A model generated the notes under the pieces. That model saw only the letters and a program-made list of their open reading frames with translations. It had not been told where the DNA came from and ran no database searches. Below are positions 1 to 9,181 of a stretch of 64,000 nucleotides of DNA, one piece after another. The stretch spans positions 49,446-113,445 of the forward strand of contig PSLF01000005.1 in the NCBI GenBank assembly GCA_040289475.1, given 5' to 3'. This DNA comes from Acidimicrobiia bacterium. Its GTDB lineage: Bacteria; Actinomycetota; Acidimicrobiia; ATN3; PSLF01. The translations under genes were made by a program, and so were the position numbers. The first letter of the stretch is position 1, and the number at the start of each line of letters is the position of its first letter.

Positions 1-555
1 AACGTCAGGGTGCCAATGGACAACCTCCTCGGCGGTGAAGCGGCACTGGATCCAAAGCGCAAAGCGGGGTTTATCGGCGCCATGAAGACTTTCGATTCGA
101 CGCGTCCAATGGTTGCAGCTTTGGCCCTCGGAATTGGCCAGGCTGCCTTCGATTACGTCAAAGAGTGGGTAAGAACCGAAATAAAAGCAGGATATCCGTT
201 CAAAAAGCGTACGGAGGTGTCGCTGACCTTGGCCGACGCAGAACGGGAGCTTGCGATAAGTCGCCACCTCATCTGGCGAGCCGCCTGGATGGCAGACCGT
301 TCGATCCCCAACACGAGGGAAGCTTCCATGGCGAAGGCATACGCGCCCCAGGCGGCTTATCGTGTCTGCCGTGACGCGGTTAGAATCATGGGCCCGGAGG
401 GTTACTCCAAGGAGCACCTCGTCGAGAAGTGGTACCGGGACATAAAGATTTATGACATCTTCGAGGGCACTGGCCAGATTCAGCGCGTAGTGATCTCGAG
501 GAGAATTCTCGGGTACCTAGACAAAGACGACGAGGATTCCAGCAAGGCAGCTTGA
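1..555 (+). CDS. acyl-CoA dehydrogenase, C-terminal part (5' end outside window)
   Basis: Frame 1 is open from base 1. The tail carries the ACAD C-terminal domain with IFEGTGQIQRVVISRRILG (YEGT-type catalytic Glu motif). Confidence 0.85.
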   Translation, partial: NVRVPMDNLLGGEAALDPKRKAGFIGAMKTFDSTRPMVAALALGIGQAAFDYVKEWVRTEIKAGYPFKKRTEVSLTLADAERELAISRHLIWRAAWMADRSIPNTREASMAKAYAPQAAYRVCRDAVRIMGPEGYSKEHLVEKWYRDIKIYDIFEGTGQIQRVVISRRILGYLDKDDEDSSKAA

Positions 556-646
556 CGAAGACAGCTTGGAGTCCACAGTTTGCGGCCTCAGGTGTTACTC
601 TCTAGCGAGGTCGGGGTATATCTAACGGACAGGAGGTGAAGAAACA

Positions 647-1522
647 GTGGGAGCTCTAGACGGTCGGGTGTGCATTGTGACGGGTGCTGGACGTGGAATA
701 GGTCGTGAGCACGCCCTATATCTCGCCAGCCAGGGAGCCAAGGTTGTCGTGAACGACCTGGGAGGAAACATCGACGGAACGGGCGCTGATCGCGCACCTG
801 CCCAGCAGGTAGTCGATGAGATAAAAGAGATGGGTGGCGAGGCTGTTGCCAACGTCGATAGTGTTAGCGATTGGGAAGGCGCCGAAAGACTGATCCAGAC
901 AGCAATCGATACATTCGGCACTCTTCATGTTCTGGTAAACAACGCCGGAATATTGCGAGATCGAGTGATCGTGAACATGACCGAGGAGGAGTGGGACGCT
1001 GTCATCAACGTCCATCTAAAAGGGCATTTTGCACCGTTGCACCACGCTGCCGCCTACTGGAGACAACAGGCAAAGGCAGGCAATCCCCTAAAAGCGTCGG
1101 TAATTCACACTTCTTCAGAGTCCGGTCTGTTCGGAAACCCGGGCCAATCTAACTACGGTGCTGCTAAGGCCGGCATCGCTGCCTTGAGCATCATTGCCTC
1201 CAAGGAATTGGCGAGATACGGAGTCCGATCGAATACTATCGCGCCTCGGGCTAGAACCAGGCTGACGGAGTCAACCTTTGGCAGCCAAGCACTCTCGGTG
1301 CCGGAGGGTCAATTTGATATTTGGGATCCAGCGAACATATCGCCGGTCGTGGCTTGGCTCGCCCACGAGGACTGCCCCGCAAATGGCGAGACGTTCTTTG
1401 TTTTCGGAGGAACCGTACAGCGTGTCAAGGGCTGGACTTTTGACGAAGAACACAAGATTGAGAAGGCTTCAAGGTGGACACTGGACGAACTGTTGGAGGA
1501 GGGCAAGCGACTTCTGGGCTGA
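647..1522 (+). CDS. short-chain dehydrogenase/reductase, Hsd4A / MFE-2 N-terminal-like hydroxyacyl-CoA dehydrogenase
   Basis: GTG start preceded by AGGAGG. Contains TGAGRGIGR Rossmann motif, NNAGI and the NYGAAK (YxxxK) catalytic motif. Confidence 0.85.
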   Translation: MGALDGRVCIVTGAGRGIGREHALYLASQGAKVVVNDLGGNIDGTGADRAPAQQVVDEIKEMGGEAVANVDSVSDWEGAERLIQTAIDTFGTLHVLVNNAGILRDRVIVNMTEEEWDAVINVHLKGHFAPLHHAAAYWRQQAKAGNPLKASVIHTSSESGLFGNPGQSNYGAAKAGIAALSIIASKELARYGVRSNTIAPRARTRLTESTFGSQALSVPEGQFDIWDPANISPVVAWLAHEDCPANGETFFVFGGTVQRVKGWTFDEEHKIEKASRWTLDELLEEGKRLLG

Positions 1523-1680
1523 TAGGGAAATACAGAACAGCCTAGGTTCATGGCGTGTACCCGGCCATGGGGTCTGGATCCGTATAACTCGAAATTTTAT
1601 TCTCGTACGCGCCGCAAGTCGCGTTTTGCCTGTTCAGTGTGGGTCGACTTGATCGGAAGAAAAGAGTATGCTTATACGGC

Positions 1681-1797
1681 GCGAGTCCCGGTGCACAAGC
1701 AAGCGGGCAATGTTCCCCAGCCATTGCCCGTGCCAAGGCATCTCGGCGGTGTTCCCCAGCCACACTCGAAACTGCCCGCTACCGGGACTCGCTTTTT
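1681..1797 (+). ncRNA. candidate structured small RNA or terminator-embedded element with two identical C-rich loops
   Basis: A 12-bp perfect outer stem (1681-1692 / 1781-1792) is followed by T5. Inner hairpins at 1704-1730 and 1744-1768 both display the loop TTCCCCAGC. Confidence 0.35.
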
Positions 1798-1868
1798 CGC
1801 GTCGGCACCTGACTGGTGTGGCTTTTTTGCACAACCCTATCTACTCTCTTAGCCACTAGGAGCTCTCG

Positions 1869-3401
1869 GTGGATCTTATTGGCATGCACGCACAGCAAAA
1901 GGGAGACTCCCCAGCGCTTATAGAGGGGGAGAGGGTGTTGACGTGGGCGGAGTATCGGGACCTGAGGAACCGACTGGCCCGATCTCTCCTAGATCTCGGG
2001 CTTAGGCCTGGGTCCACCTTAGTACAGTTCTTGCATAACTCTATCGAGAGCTGCCTCGTGTCGGCGGCGGCCTCGGAGCTCAGGACAACGAATACCCCGA
2101 TTAATCATCGTCTCAAGGCCGAAGAAGTCGCTTACATTCTCGAAGACTCCGACGCTACCTGTGTTGTATCGGAGTCGGAATTCCTTCCGATACTGGGCGA
2201 GGCTCGCAAGAGCGTGCCCTCTGTGTCGCACTGGGTAGTCGTTGGTGAAGACGTTCCGTCGTGGGCGATTCCTTTTGCGAGTTTGGTCGAGAAGGGCTCT
2301 TCAGATCCCGTAGAGATTCCAGAGGAAAGTCCTGGTGAAGCGCAGGCAATGATTTACACATCGGGAACAACAGGAAAGCCGAAAGGAGCGAAGCGGAGAG
2401 GGATCTCGAATCCAGCGTCTGTTATGACCTGGATTCAGGAGTTCGGTTTGAGACCTGACGATGTGCATTTGATAGCTGGGCCGCTCTACCACTCTGCACC
2501 GCTTGCATTCGCCACGCTTGCTCAGGCTATGGGAAATACCTCAGTAATAATGCGGAAGTTCGACGCAGAGCGAGCTCTAGCAGAGCTCCAGGAGCACAAG
2601 GTCACCACTACTTTTATGGCTCCGACCTTGGTAAAGCGGATTTTGCAAGTGGATCCGGAGACATTTGGAAAATACGACATCTCTAGTCTCCGCGTCCTGA
2701 TAGTCGCGGGGGCGCCGTGTCCGCAAAAAATCAAAGAGGATGTGTGGGAGCGGATAGGACCCGTACTTTACGAATTCTACGGGTCCACCGAACTGGGTAT
2801 AAACACGATCCTCAAGCCCCATGAAACTATAGAGAAGCCTGGTTCGTGCGGTAAGGCTATGCCTGGCGTGGAGATAGCCCTTTTTGACGAAGAGGGCAAC
2901 GAGGTGGGTGTAAACACTCCGGGGGAGCTGTACGTAAGGCGCAACCCGATGGTCTTTGAAGAGTACTACAAGAAACCGGACGCAACGGCAAGCGCGCAAA
3001 AAGGTGAGTGGGTTTCGGTAGGAGACATCGCTTACAGGGACGAAGACGGCTTTTATTACATATGCGACCGGAAGATCGACATGATCATTTCTGGAGGAGT
3101 CAACATCTACCCCGCAGAGATCGAAGACGTTCTGCATCGGCATCCCGCTGTAGCAGATGTGGCGGTTTTTGGAATTCCCGACGAGGAGTGGGGCGAGAAA
3201 GTACACGCTGCTATTCAGCCTGTCGCTGGGGCCATCCTTACACCGGAAGAAATCCAGAGATGGGCCCGGGAGCGCCTCGCCGACTACAAGGTTCCCCGAT
3301 CGATCAGTTTTCATGAGGACTTTCCGAGGGACTTGGCAGGAAAGCTCATAAAGCGACAGTTGAGAGATCCGTTCTGGGCCGATCGGCAAACCAAAGTCTG
3401 A
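1869..3401 (+). CDS. AMP-dependent acyl-CoA synthetase/ligase (FadD-like)
   Basis: AMP-binding signature YTSGTTGKPKGA, plus GDIAYRDEDGFYYICDRKIDMIISGGVNIYP and the C-terminal lysine region. Confidence 0.9.
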   Translation: MDLIGMHAQQKGDSPALIEGERVLTWAEYRDLRNRLARSLLDLGLRPGSTLVQFLHNSIESCLVSAAASELRTTNTPINHRLKAEEVAYILEDSDATCVVSESEFLPILGEARKSVPSVSHWVVVGEDVPSWAIPFASLVEKGSSDPVEIPEESPGEAQAMIYTSGTTGKPKGAKRRGISNPASVMTWIQEFGLRPDDVHLIAGPLYHSAPLAFATLAQAMGNTSVIMRKFDAERALAELQEHKVTTTFMAPTLVKRILQVDPETFGKYDISSLRVLIVAGAPCPQKIKEDVWERIGPVLYEFYGSTELGINTILKPHETIEKPGSCGKAMPGVEIALFDEEGNEVGVNTPGELYVRRNPMVFEEYYKKPDATASAQKGEWVSVGDIAYRDEDGFYYICDRKIDMIISGGVNIYPAEIEDVLHRHPAVADVAVFGIPDEEWGEKVHAAIQPVAGAILTPEEIQRWARERLADYKVPRSISFHEDFPRDLAGKLIKRQLRDPFWADRQTKV

Positions 3402-3402
3402 G

Positions 3403-4926
3403 GTGGCCCCGCCCGAAGAGAGAGTTTTCTCCCATCACCCAGATACGACGCTAGCCTTTCACCGTGGCTGTGGGGATGCAGAACCGGCTGTAGCTCCCAA
3501 ATCCTGGATAGTGCTCGCTGTAGCGCTTATCGGGTACTTCTCTACCGCGTTTTTGATAACTATCGTTTCGGCTTCTCTTCCTCGAATCGCCACGGATCTG
3601 GGCGCTTCGGATGCCTCGGTGACTTGGGTACTAACTGGTCCTATGCTCGCTTCTGGCGTTTTAATGCCGCTGGCGGGGCGTCTGGCCGACCTTTGGGGGT
3701 ACAGACGCCTGTTCTTGGCTGGTTTAGCAGCATCTTCGGTTTTGGCTGTTTTTATCGCATTGTCGTGGAGTATCACGAGCCTTATCGCTTTCCGGGTTCT
3801 GTGGGCTATAGCTGGGGTGGCAGCGGGTCCATCATCCATGGCTATCATCATGCGGGCTTTTCCGCCTCACGAGAGGGTCCGCGCAATGGGATGGTGGTCG
3901 TTCGTATCGGCGGGCGCACCCGTCCTAGGTGTGGTTATAGGCGGACCTCTCGTGGAGCGGTTCTCTTGGCGCTTCGTCTTCGCTGGACAGGTTCCCCTTA
4001 GTCTCGTGGCGATCGCGCTGGCTGTGATTTTTCTTCCATCGGACCGAGATCAGGGTGGTGCTGTTTTAGATTTAGCCGGCTCAGCTCTTGCTGGAACCGC
4101 TGTGGGACTGCTTCTTTTTAGTGTGAACCGTGCTGCCGAGTGGGGATGGCGCCATCCTATTGTGATAGCTAGTCTTCTGGCGACCCCCGTCTTCGCTGCT
4201 GCGTTCGTCCTCGCCGAAAAACAGGCGAAAAACCCGCTCATTCCTATCGGTTTTTTGAAAACTCGTAACTTTGCGGCGCCTATCACGACCCATCTGATGG
4301 CGAGTTTCGCTTATATGGGCGGCTTTTTCATCACGCCGTTCTTGCTCCAGAGAGTTTTCGGGTTTTCTGTGACAAAGACGGGATTTTTCATGCTTCCACG
4401 CCCTGTTGCGTTCACCCTGACTGCACCACTTGCTGGAGCGCTGGCGGTTCGAATGGGCGAGCGGAGGACCATATTGGGGGCGATGGTATGCATGAGTGCC
4501 TCAATGGCACTTCTCTCGTTTGGTGCGGCCAACAGGCACGGCGGCGCTATCGTGGCGGGGTTGGTATTGAGCGGTACGGCGCTGGGTTCTGCGAGTCCTT
4601 CCCTTTCGTCTACGGTTGCGAACGCTGTTACTCCGGATTACTTGGGCACTGCTGGCGCGGCGACTAACCTCGCGTCGACGGTCGGGGCTGTACTAGGGAT
4701 GGAGACCTTGAGAGGCGTCGCTGCCACCGCCGGAGGCAAGGGAAGCGCCTATGCCTTGGCGTACGCTGGGGCCGGCATTGTAGCTTTTTTGGCAATGGTG
4801 CCGGCTCTGGGAGTCGAGTCGCTAAGAAGATCGGACAGCGTCCAACAGAGCCCGCAAAAGCTGGCCGAAAACCCGGAGACCCTCAATACAAAGGCTACCG
4901 GGAAGAACGCGTCAGCCCAGCAGTGA
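3403..4926 (+). CDS. MFS transporter (DHA2-like, about 14 TM)
   Basis: Many hydrophobic helices and an MFS motif-A-like LAGRLADLWGYRR. The GTG start sits 1 nt after the ligase stop; the true start may be further downstream. Confidence 0.8.
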   Translation: MAPPEERVFSHHPDTTLAFHRGCGDAEPAVAPKSWIVLAVALIGYFSTAFLITIVSASLPRIATDLGASDASVTWVLTGPMLASGVLMPLAGRLADLWGYRRLFLAGLAASSVLAVFIALSWSITSLIAFRVLWAIAGVAAGPSSMAIIMRAFPPHERVRAMGWWSFVSAGAPVLGVVIGGPLVERFSWRFVFAGQVPLSLVAIALAVIFLPSDRDQGGAVLDLAGSALAGTAVGLLLFSVNRAAEWGWRHPIVIASLLATPVFAAAFVLAEKQAKNPLIPIGFLKTRNFAAPITTHLMASFAYMGGFFITPFLLQRVFGFSVTKTGFFMLPRPVAFTLTAPLAGALAVRMGERRTILGAMVCMSASMALLSFGAANRHGGAIVAGLVLSGTALGSASPSLSSTVANAVTPDYLGTAGAATNLASTVGAVLGMETLRGVAATAGGKGSAYALAYAGAGIVAFLAMVPALGVESLRRSDSVQQSPQKLAENPETLNTKATGKNASAQQ

Positions 4927-4952
4927 CAGCGGGTATTCGATTGGTGATACGG

Positions 4953-6203
4953 TTATGACGATACAGCGGGAGCATTTGTAGCTCCGTTTCCTAAGGGTGG
5001 TTCCCCGCTCTGGCGCTCTATTTGCACACCGAATGCAATATCCATTTCTAGCTGTAGACTCTGTGACGTTTGTGGGCCACTGGATGCCTCAGCGAAACGC
5101 AGGGAACCTTTTATAGAAGATGACGGATCGACTACGATCTTGATGGGCTCACCTAGGTCGGGGACGAACCAGAATCTCGTGAACGTGTTGAGGGTCATCG
5201 TGCCAGAAGACCTAACTCCGTTTGGGAGACCGATCCGAGAGAGGTCGAGAGTGGCGAGATCAACCGAGGTCAAGGATTGGCTGGTGATTAACATAGCTCG
5301 TCCCCACTCGGTTTTCTCATCATGCTCGTAGGTGTTGACAGTGGTCATTTGTAACGGCCTACTGAAACCCTTAGGTCGAATCTGGATGCTCTTGGTCCAC
5401 TGTTCCCCGGGTCGTATGGCATGATCAGGCAGTAATGGGGCTGGCCCAGTAAACCCGAACGGTGAGATGACCCCTCCGCCAAGTACCTGTCCTCCCCCGA
5501 GAGCTGGACCCGGGATAAACACAGGACTACCTTGCCCGCTTTCTATTTCGAAGCTCCCATCGGGATTGACACGAAGTACGGTTTCAAAGTTGTCCCGGCC
5601 GAGTTGGGGGTTTTGGACCGGTCGGCCGTTTACACTCACTCCTATCCGAGTGTTGGACAGATCAATCTTGATTTGTGTTGCCCCATCAGAGAGTCGCTCA
5701 ATGACTCGCAAAGTCATGTCCGAGGTTATGATCGACTTCACGCTTACGGGTCCGGAGTGATCGGCCAGTTCTCCGCCGCCCAATACGGTGCCCTCCATTG
5801 CGTACTCAAACTTGTAGAACCGCGCTTCGGCTGATTTGAAAGTAATCCGCAGTCCTTCAGTTTCGGGGGCGGAGTTGGTTCGTGGAGATTCGATCTCGGG
5901 CGCCGTAGTTTTAGCTCCGATCTTGCGTAGTGCAACGGCTGCACCCGCCAATGCGGATAACAAGGCCACAACAAGTACAGCTACTAGAACCACGACCCGT
6001 GTTTTCCTCTGCTTTGGAGGAGCTACACGGGGCTGACCTGTCCCTAGGGGATTTTGCTGATGCTGTGTATTGGCGGCTCGGGAGTTGGGCTGAGAGGCGT
6101 GCCCGTGAATCGATGAGATCCGATCTGTCGTAACTTCGGGCAAGCTTTCCGTTGGACGAAAAGACTCGTTGAATTCCTGGGGCTCCGTGCCGTTTTTGTC
6201 CAT
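4953..6203 (-). CDS. hypothetical membrane-anchored extracytoplasmic protein
   Basis: The long ORF is trimmed to the internal ATG (MDKNGTEPQE) to avoid overlapping the divergent LLM gene. It has a disordered N-terminus, one TM helix (VVVLVAVLVVALLSALAGAAVAL) and a beta-rich domain I do not recognise. Confidence 0.55.
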   Translation of the reverse strand: MDKNGTEPQEFNESFRPTESLPEVTTDRISSIHGHASQPNSRAANTQHQQNPLGTGQPRVAPPKQRKTRVVVLVAVLVVALLSALAGAAVALRKIGAKTTAPEIESPRTNSAPETEGLRITFKSAEARFYKFEYAMEGTVLGGGELADHSGPVSVKSIITSDMTLRVIERLSDGATQIKIDLSNTRIGVSVNGRPVQNPQLGRDNFETVLRVNPDGSFEIESGQGSPVFIPGPALGGGQVLGGGVISPFGFTGPAPLLPDHAIRPGEQWTKSIQIRPKGFSRPLQMTTVNTYEHDEKTEWGRAMLITSQSLTSVDLATLDLSRIGLPNGVRSSGTMTLNTFTRFWFVPDLGEPIKIVVDPSSSIKGSLRFAEASSGPQTSQSLQLEMDIAFGVQIERQSGEPPLGNGATNAPAVSS

Positions 6204-6348
6204 GTGTTGGCCTTTTAGCCGAACTCGGCAATTTAGCGGGTTGCAATTCCGTGTTGCGGCGCCTACGTCTGCCGATTTATCCAGGATCCGAGTATATTTA
6301 GTTTTGCTAAAAACAGGATGACGCCACCGCATCATGCAGGGAGCCGCA

Positions 6349-7509
6349 ATGAAGTTCTTCGTCTTTAATTTGATGCCCTACCGAGATTTGGATCCTTCTT
6401 ATCGAGGTCCTGCTTGGGTTGACGTCCCGAACAAGCTTTACGAGCCCGAGAAAGGACACGTCTATTACAACGAGTACATAGACCAGCTCGTAGAAGCCGA
6501 GTCATTAGGCTTCGATGGTGTCTGCGTAAACGAGCACCATCAGAACGCATACGGGAACATGCCAAGCCCGAACCTTATCGCATCCATCTTGGCTCGCCAG
6601 ACGGAGCGCATTAGGATAGCCGTCGTAGGCAATGCTCTTCCCCTTTACAATCCGCCGACAAGAGTCGCTGAGGAGTTCGCCATGATAGACGTAATCTCTG
6701 GCGGACGACTCATTGCTGGAATGGTGGTTGGAGGGGGACCGGAGTACTACAGTTTCGGAATAAACCCTACATACGCGAGGGAGCTGTTTTACGAGTATCA
6801 CGACCTAATCATTGCAGCATGGACCAAAGAAGGACCTTTCTCGTTCGAGGGAAAGCATGTAAGGCTTAGGAAGATCAATCCCTGGCCTCGGCCACTACAA
6901 AGACCTCACCCTCCGGTTTGGATCCCAGGTGCAGGCTCGCTCGAGACCATGGAGTTCGTTGCATCCAAGCGCTACTCTTACATGGGCATTCCTTACTTCC
7001 ATATCGATGTGTTCCGCCGCAACTTCTCTTTTTTCAGAGAGGCGTGCGAGAGAGCGGGATACACGCCCGACCCAGAGCAGGCGGGCTGGCTCGTACCAAT
7101 TTACGTCGGCGATGACGATGTATCGGCTCGCCGAGAGTTCGAGCCACACCTGTGGTATTTCGTCAAGCGCCTCCTCCCAGGGATCACCATAGTTCCACCC
7201 GGGTATACATCCGAGCGTTCATGGCTAGCGATCATAGAAAACGCAGGCACGTTCATGGAGTCTGTCGAAACTTGGGAGGAGATAGAAAAAGGTGAGTATG
7301 CCATAGTGGGGGGACCTGAGACGGTCGCCGACAAGCTCTCGCGTTATATAAGAGAACTCGGAGTCGGAGTGCTGCTGGGTCTTTTTCAGCTCGGCTCGAT
7401 GCCTCATGCCCAGGCCGTCGACAACATGCGAAGGTTTGCCGAAGCAGTTCTACCTAGGTTGCGAGAAGAGTTTGCTGGGTGGGGCGGTACCGGTCCGACA
7501 CCGATCTAG
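6349..7509 (+). CDS. LLM-class (luciferase-like) flavin-dependent oxidoreductase
   Basis: MKFFVFNLMPY...GFDGVCVNEHHQNAYGNMPSPN...ISGGRLIAGMVVG is typical of the luciferase-like monooxygenase fold. GGGAG lies upstream of the ATG at 6349. Confidence 0.85.
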   Translation: MKFFVFNLMPYRDLDPSYRGPAWVDVPNKLYEPEKGHVYYNEYIDQLVEAESLGFDGVCVNEHHQNAYGNMPSPNLIASILARQTERIRIAVVGNALPLYNPPTRVAEEFAMIDVISGGRLIAGMVVGGGPEYYSFGINPTYARELFYEYHDLIIAAWTKEGPFSFEGKHVRLRKINPWPRPLQRPHPPVWIPGAGSLETMEFVASKRYSYMGIPYFHIDVFRRNFSFFREACERAGYTPDPEQAGWLVPIYVGDDDVSARREFEPHLWYFVKRLLPGITIVPPGYTSERSWLAIIENAGTFMESVETWEEIEKGEYAIVGGPETVADKLSRYIRELGVGVLLGLFQLGSMPHAQAVDNMRRFAEAVLPRLREEFAGWGGTGPTPI

Positions 7510-7575
7510 CAACCCCTCCCTTGCTAGCTATTTGTGCCTAATGGCCGTATGGCGTACCAGGACCAGGAGTAGTAG

Positions 7576-8379
7576 ATGTCTGCGGACTTGAAGATTCAAT
7601 CTGAGCGACCCGCCCAAGTCGGGCTGGTAGACCGTAAAGGCCAGGGAAGGCCCGTACTCTATCTGCATGGTTTTTTGGGGGAAGGATTGGGCACCCCCGC
7701 TGTTGACCATCTCGCCGAGACGGGGTTCGAAGTTCTTAGGCCGTGGATTCCTGGCTTCCAAAGCATTGATGAGCTGGAGGGAATCGACGGTTTCGACGAT
7801 CTTTCTTTCTGGCTTGTAGACTTACTTGACGCTGAGGGTCTGGCGTCGGTGGCAGTAGTCGGGACTTGCCTAGGGGGATGGCTCGCAGCGGAGTTTGCAG
7901 TACGCAACCCTGCGCGGGTAGATAGGCTAGTCCTTACAGGGGCTCCTGGCATTCAGACCGAGCGCCATCGGCCTGCAGAGTTTTTTGGGATCCCGTTCGA
8001 TAAGATGGCGGAGTTGCTTTTCTTCGATCAGTCGCAGCCATTCGCTCAATTGATGAAAGCTGCGAGTGGGGCATCGGGCCGTCCGATCGGATCAGGGAAA
8101 GCCGTACTTCCTTTTCTTCGTTCTCTGGCTGCCACAGCTCGCTTTGCATGGAACCCATACTTTGTAGATCCGAAGCTGGAGGCGAGATTAGGGCGGATCG
8201 GGTGTGAGACCCTCGTGGTATGGGGAGCCGAGGACAGGTTTTTGCCCGTCGGTATTGGGAAGCGATGGGCCGAGATGATTCCTCGCGCTACATTTGTCGC
8301 AATCCCATCGTGCGGCCACTTTCCGGTTCTGGAAAAACCAGAGGAATGGGCGCACCAAGTCTCCGCGTTTTTAGCTTAG
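7576..8379 (+). CDS. alpha/beta hydrolase with Cys at the nucleophile elbow
   Basis: HGF oxyanion region, elbow VVGTCLGGW, acid GAEDRF and His SCGHFP. Confidence 0.8.
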   Translation: MSADLKIQSERPAQVGLVDRKGQGRPVLYLHGFLGEGLGTPAVDHLAETGFEVLRPWIPGFQSIDELEGIDGFDDLSFWLVDLLDAEGLASVAVVGTCLGGWLAAEFAVRNPARVDRLVLTGAPGIQTERHRPAEFFGIPFDKMAELLFFDQSQPFAQLMKAASGASGRPIGSGKAVLPFLRSLAATARFAWNPYFVDPKLEARLGRIGCETLVVWGAEDRFLPVGIGKRWAEMIPRATFVAIPSCGHFPVLEKPEEWAHQVSAFLA

Positions 8380-8398
8380 CGATAGCCTTGGATATCGA

Positions 8399-8590
8399 TC
8401 AGCCGAAGCGTGGGCGCCACTTACCCTTGACTGACACCGGGACTGGCTCCCGTCGCTTGTCTTCGGGCGCCTTCTCGCACTCGAAGCGAATATGGGCCTG
8501 TCTTCGAAGGCGTTTCAGCGGCTTGCCACAGTAAGGGCAAGGTTCCCGGTGCTGATACCGTTCGAGTCTGGGTCTCGCCATCGCTAGCAT
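8399..8590 (-). CDS. possible small basic zinc-ribbon-like protein
   Basis: 63-aa ORF with CPYCG...H...FEC (C-x2-C-x12-H-x4-C), downstream of sufU on the same strand. The RBS is weak. Confidence 0.3.
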   Translation of the reverse strand: MLAMARPRLERYQHREPCPYCGKPLKRLRRQAHIRFECEKAPEDKRREPVPVSVKGKWRPRFG

Positions 8591-8644
8591 CCTGTCGAGG
8601 ATAGTGTGCTCAGAATGAAAGGCCCTCGGACGTGCCAGTGGGCT

Positions 8645-9181
8645 TTACTTGATCTCCCCTGGAGGACCGGCCGTTTGCCCTTCTACGAAAGTAGAGCTAG
8701 ACGTGCCATGGCCGCCGCGCCACCGCTCTACGCCTTCGAGTAGCGTATTCCAGGCGAGGGTGGCACACTTGATCCTGACCGGAAACTTCACTACGCCTTG
8801 TAATGCTTCCAGCTCTCCGAGTCCGGTCGAACCCAAATTTCCCTCTGGGATTTCACTCTCGCCCTGGTGGATTTTTTCTTCCCGTACCGTCATCATTCGC
8901 TTGAAACGATCCACTAGGTCATCGATTTCTTCAAGCTTTTTATTCCTTATCGCCTCGCTCATCATCGATGCAGACGCTTGAGATATCGAGCATCCCTGGG
9001 ACTCTATCTTGACGTCGATTAATGATTCGTTGTCGAACAACAAGTAAAGGGTGATCTCGTCCCCGCACAGGGGGTTGAAACCTTCTGCCTTGATCGCCGG
9101 TGGCGATGGCAGGGCCCCCTGATTCCTAGGACTTCTGTAATGATCCAGAATGACTTCCTTGTAGACGTCCTCAAGCGACAC
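8645..9181 (-). CDS. sufU: SUF Fe-S cluster assembly sulfur-transfer/scaffold protein SufU
   Basis: ILDHYRSPRN, NPLCGDE, GCSISQASAS and KCATLAW motifs. Overlaps the sufS stop. Confidence 0.9.
   Translation of the reverse strand: MSLEDVYKEVILDHYRSPRNQGALPSPPAIKAEGFNPLCGDEITLYLLFDNESLIDVKIESQGCSISQASASMMSEAIRNKKLEEIDDLVDRFKRMMTVREEKIHQGESEIPEGNLGSTGLGELEALQGVVKFPVRIKCATLAWNTLLEGVERWRGGHGTSSSTFVEGQTAGPPGEIK

Noticed and set aside
2577-3389. 270-aa ORF antisense to the acyl-CoA ligase gene
   Set aside because: It lies entirely inside a gene with strong family motifs on the other strand. The translation is Arg/Ser/Leu-rich with no recognisable motif, which is typical of a GC-rich antisense ORF.
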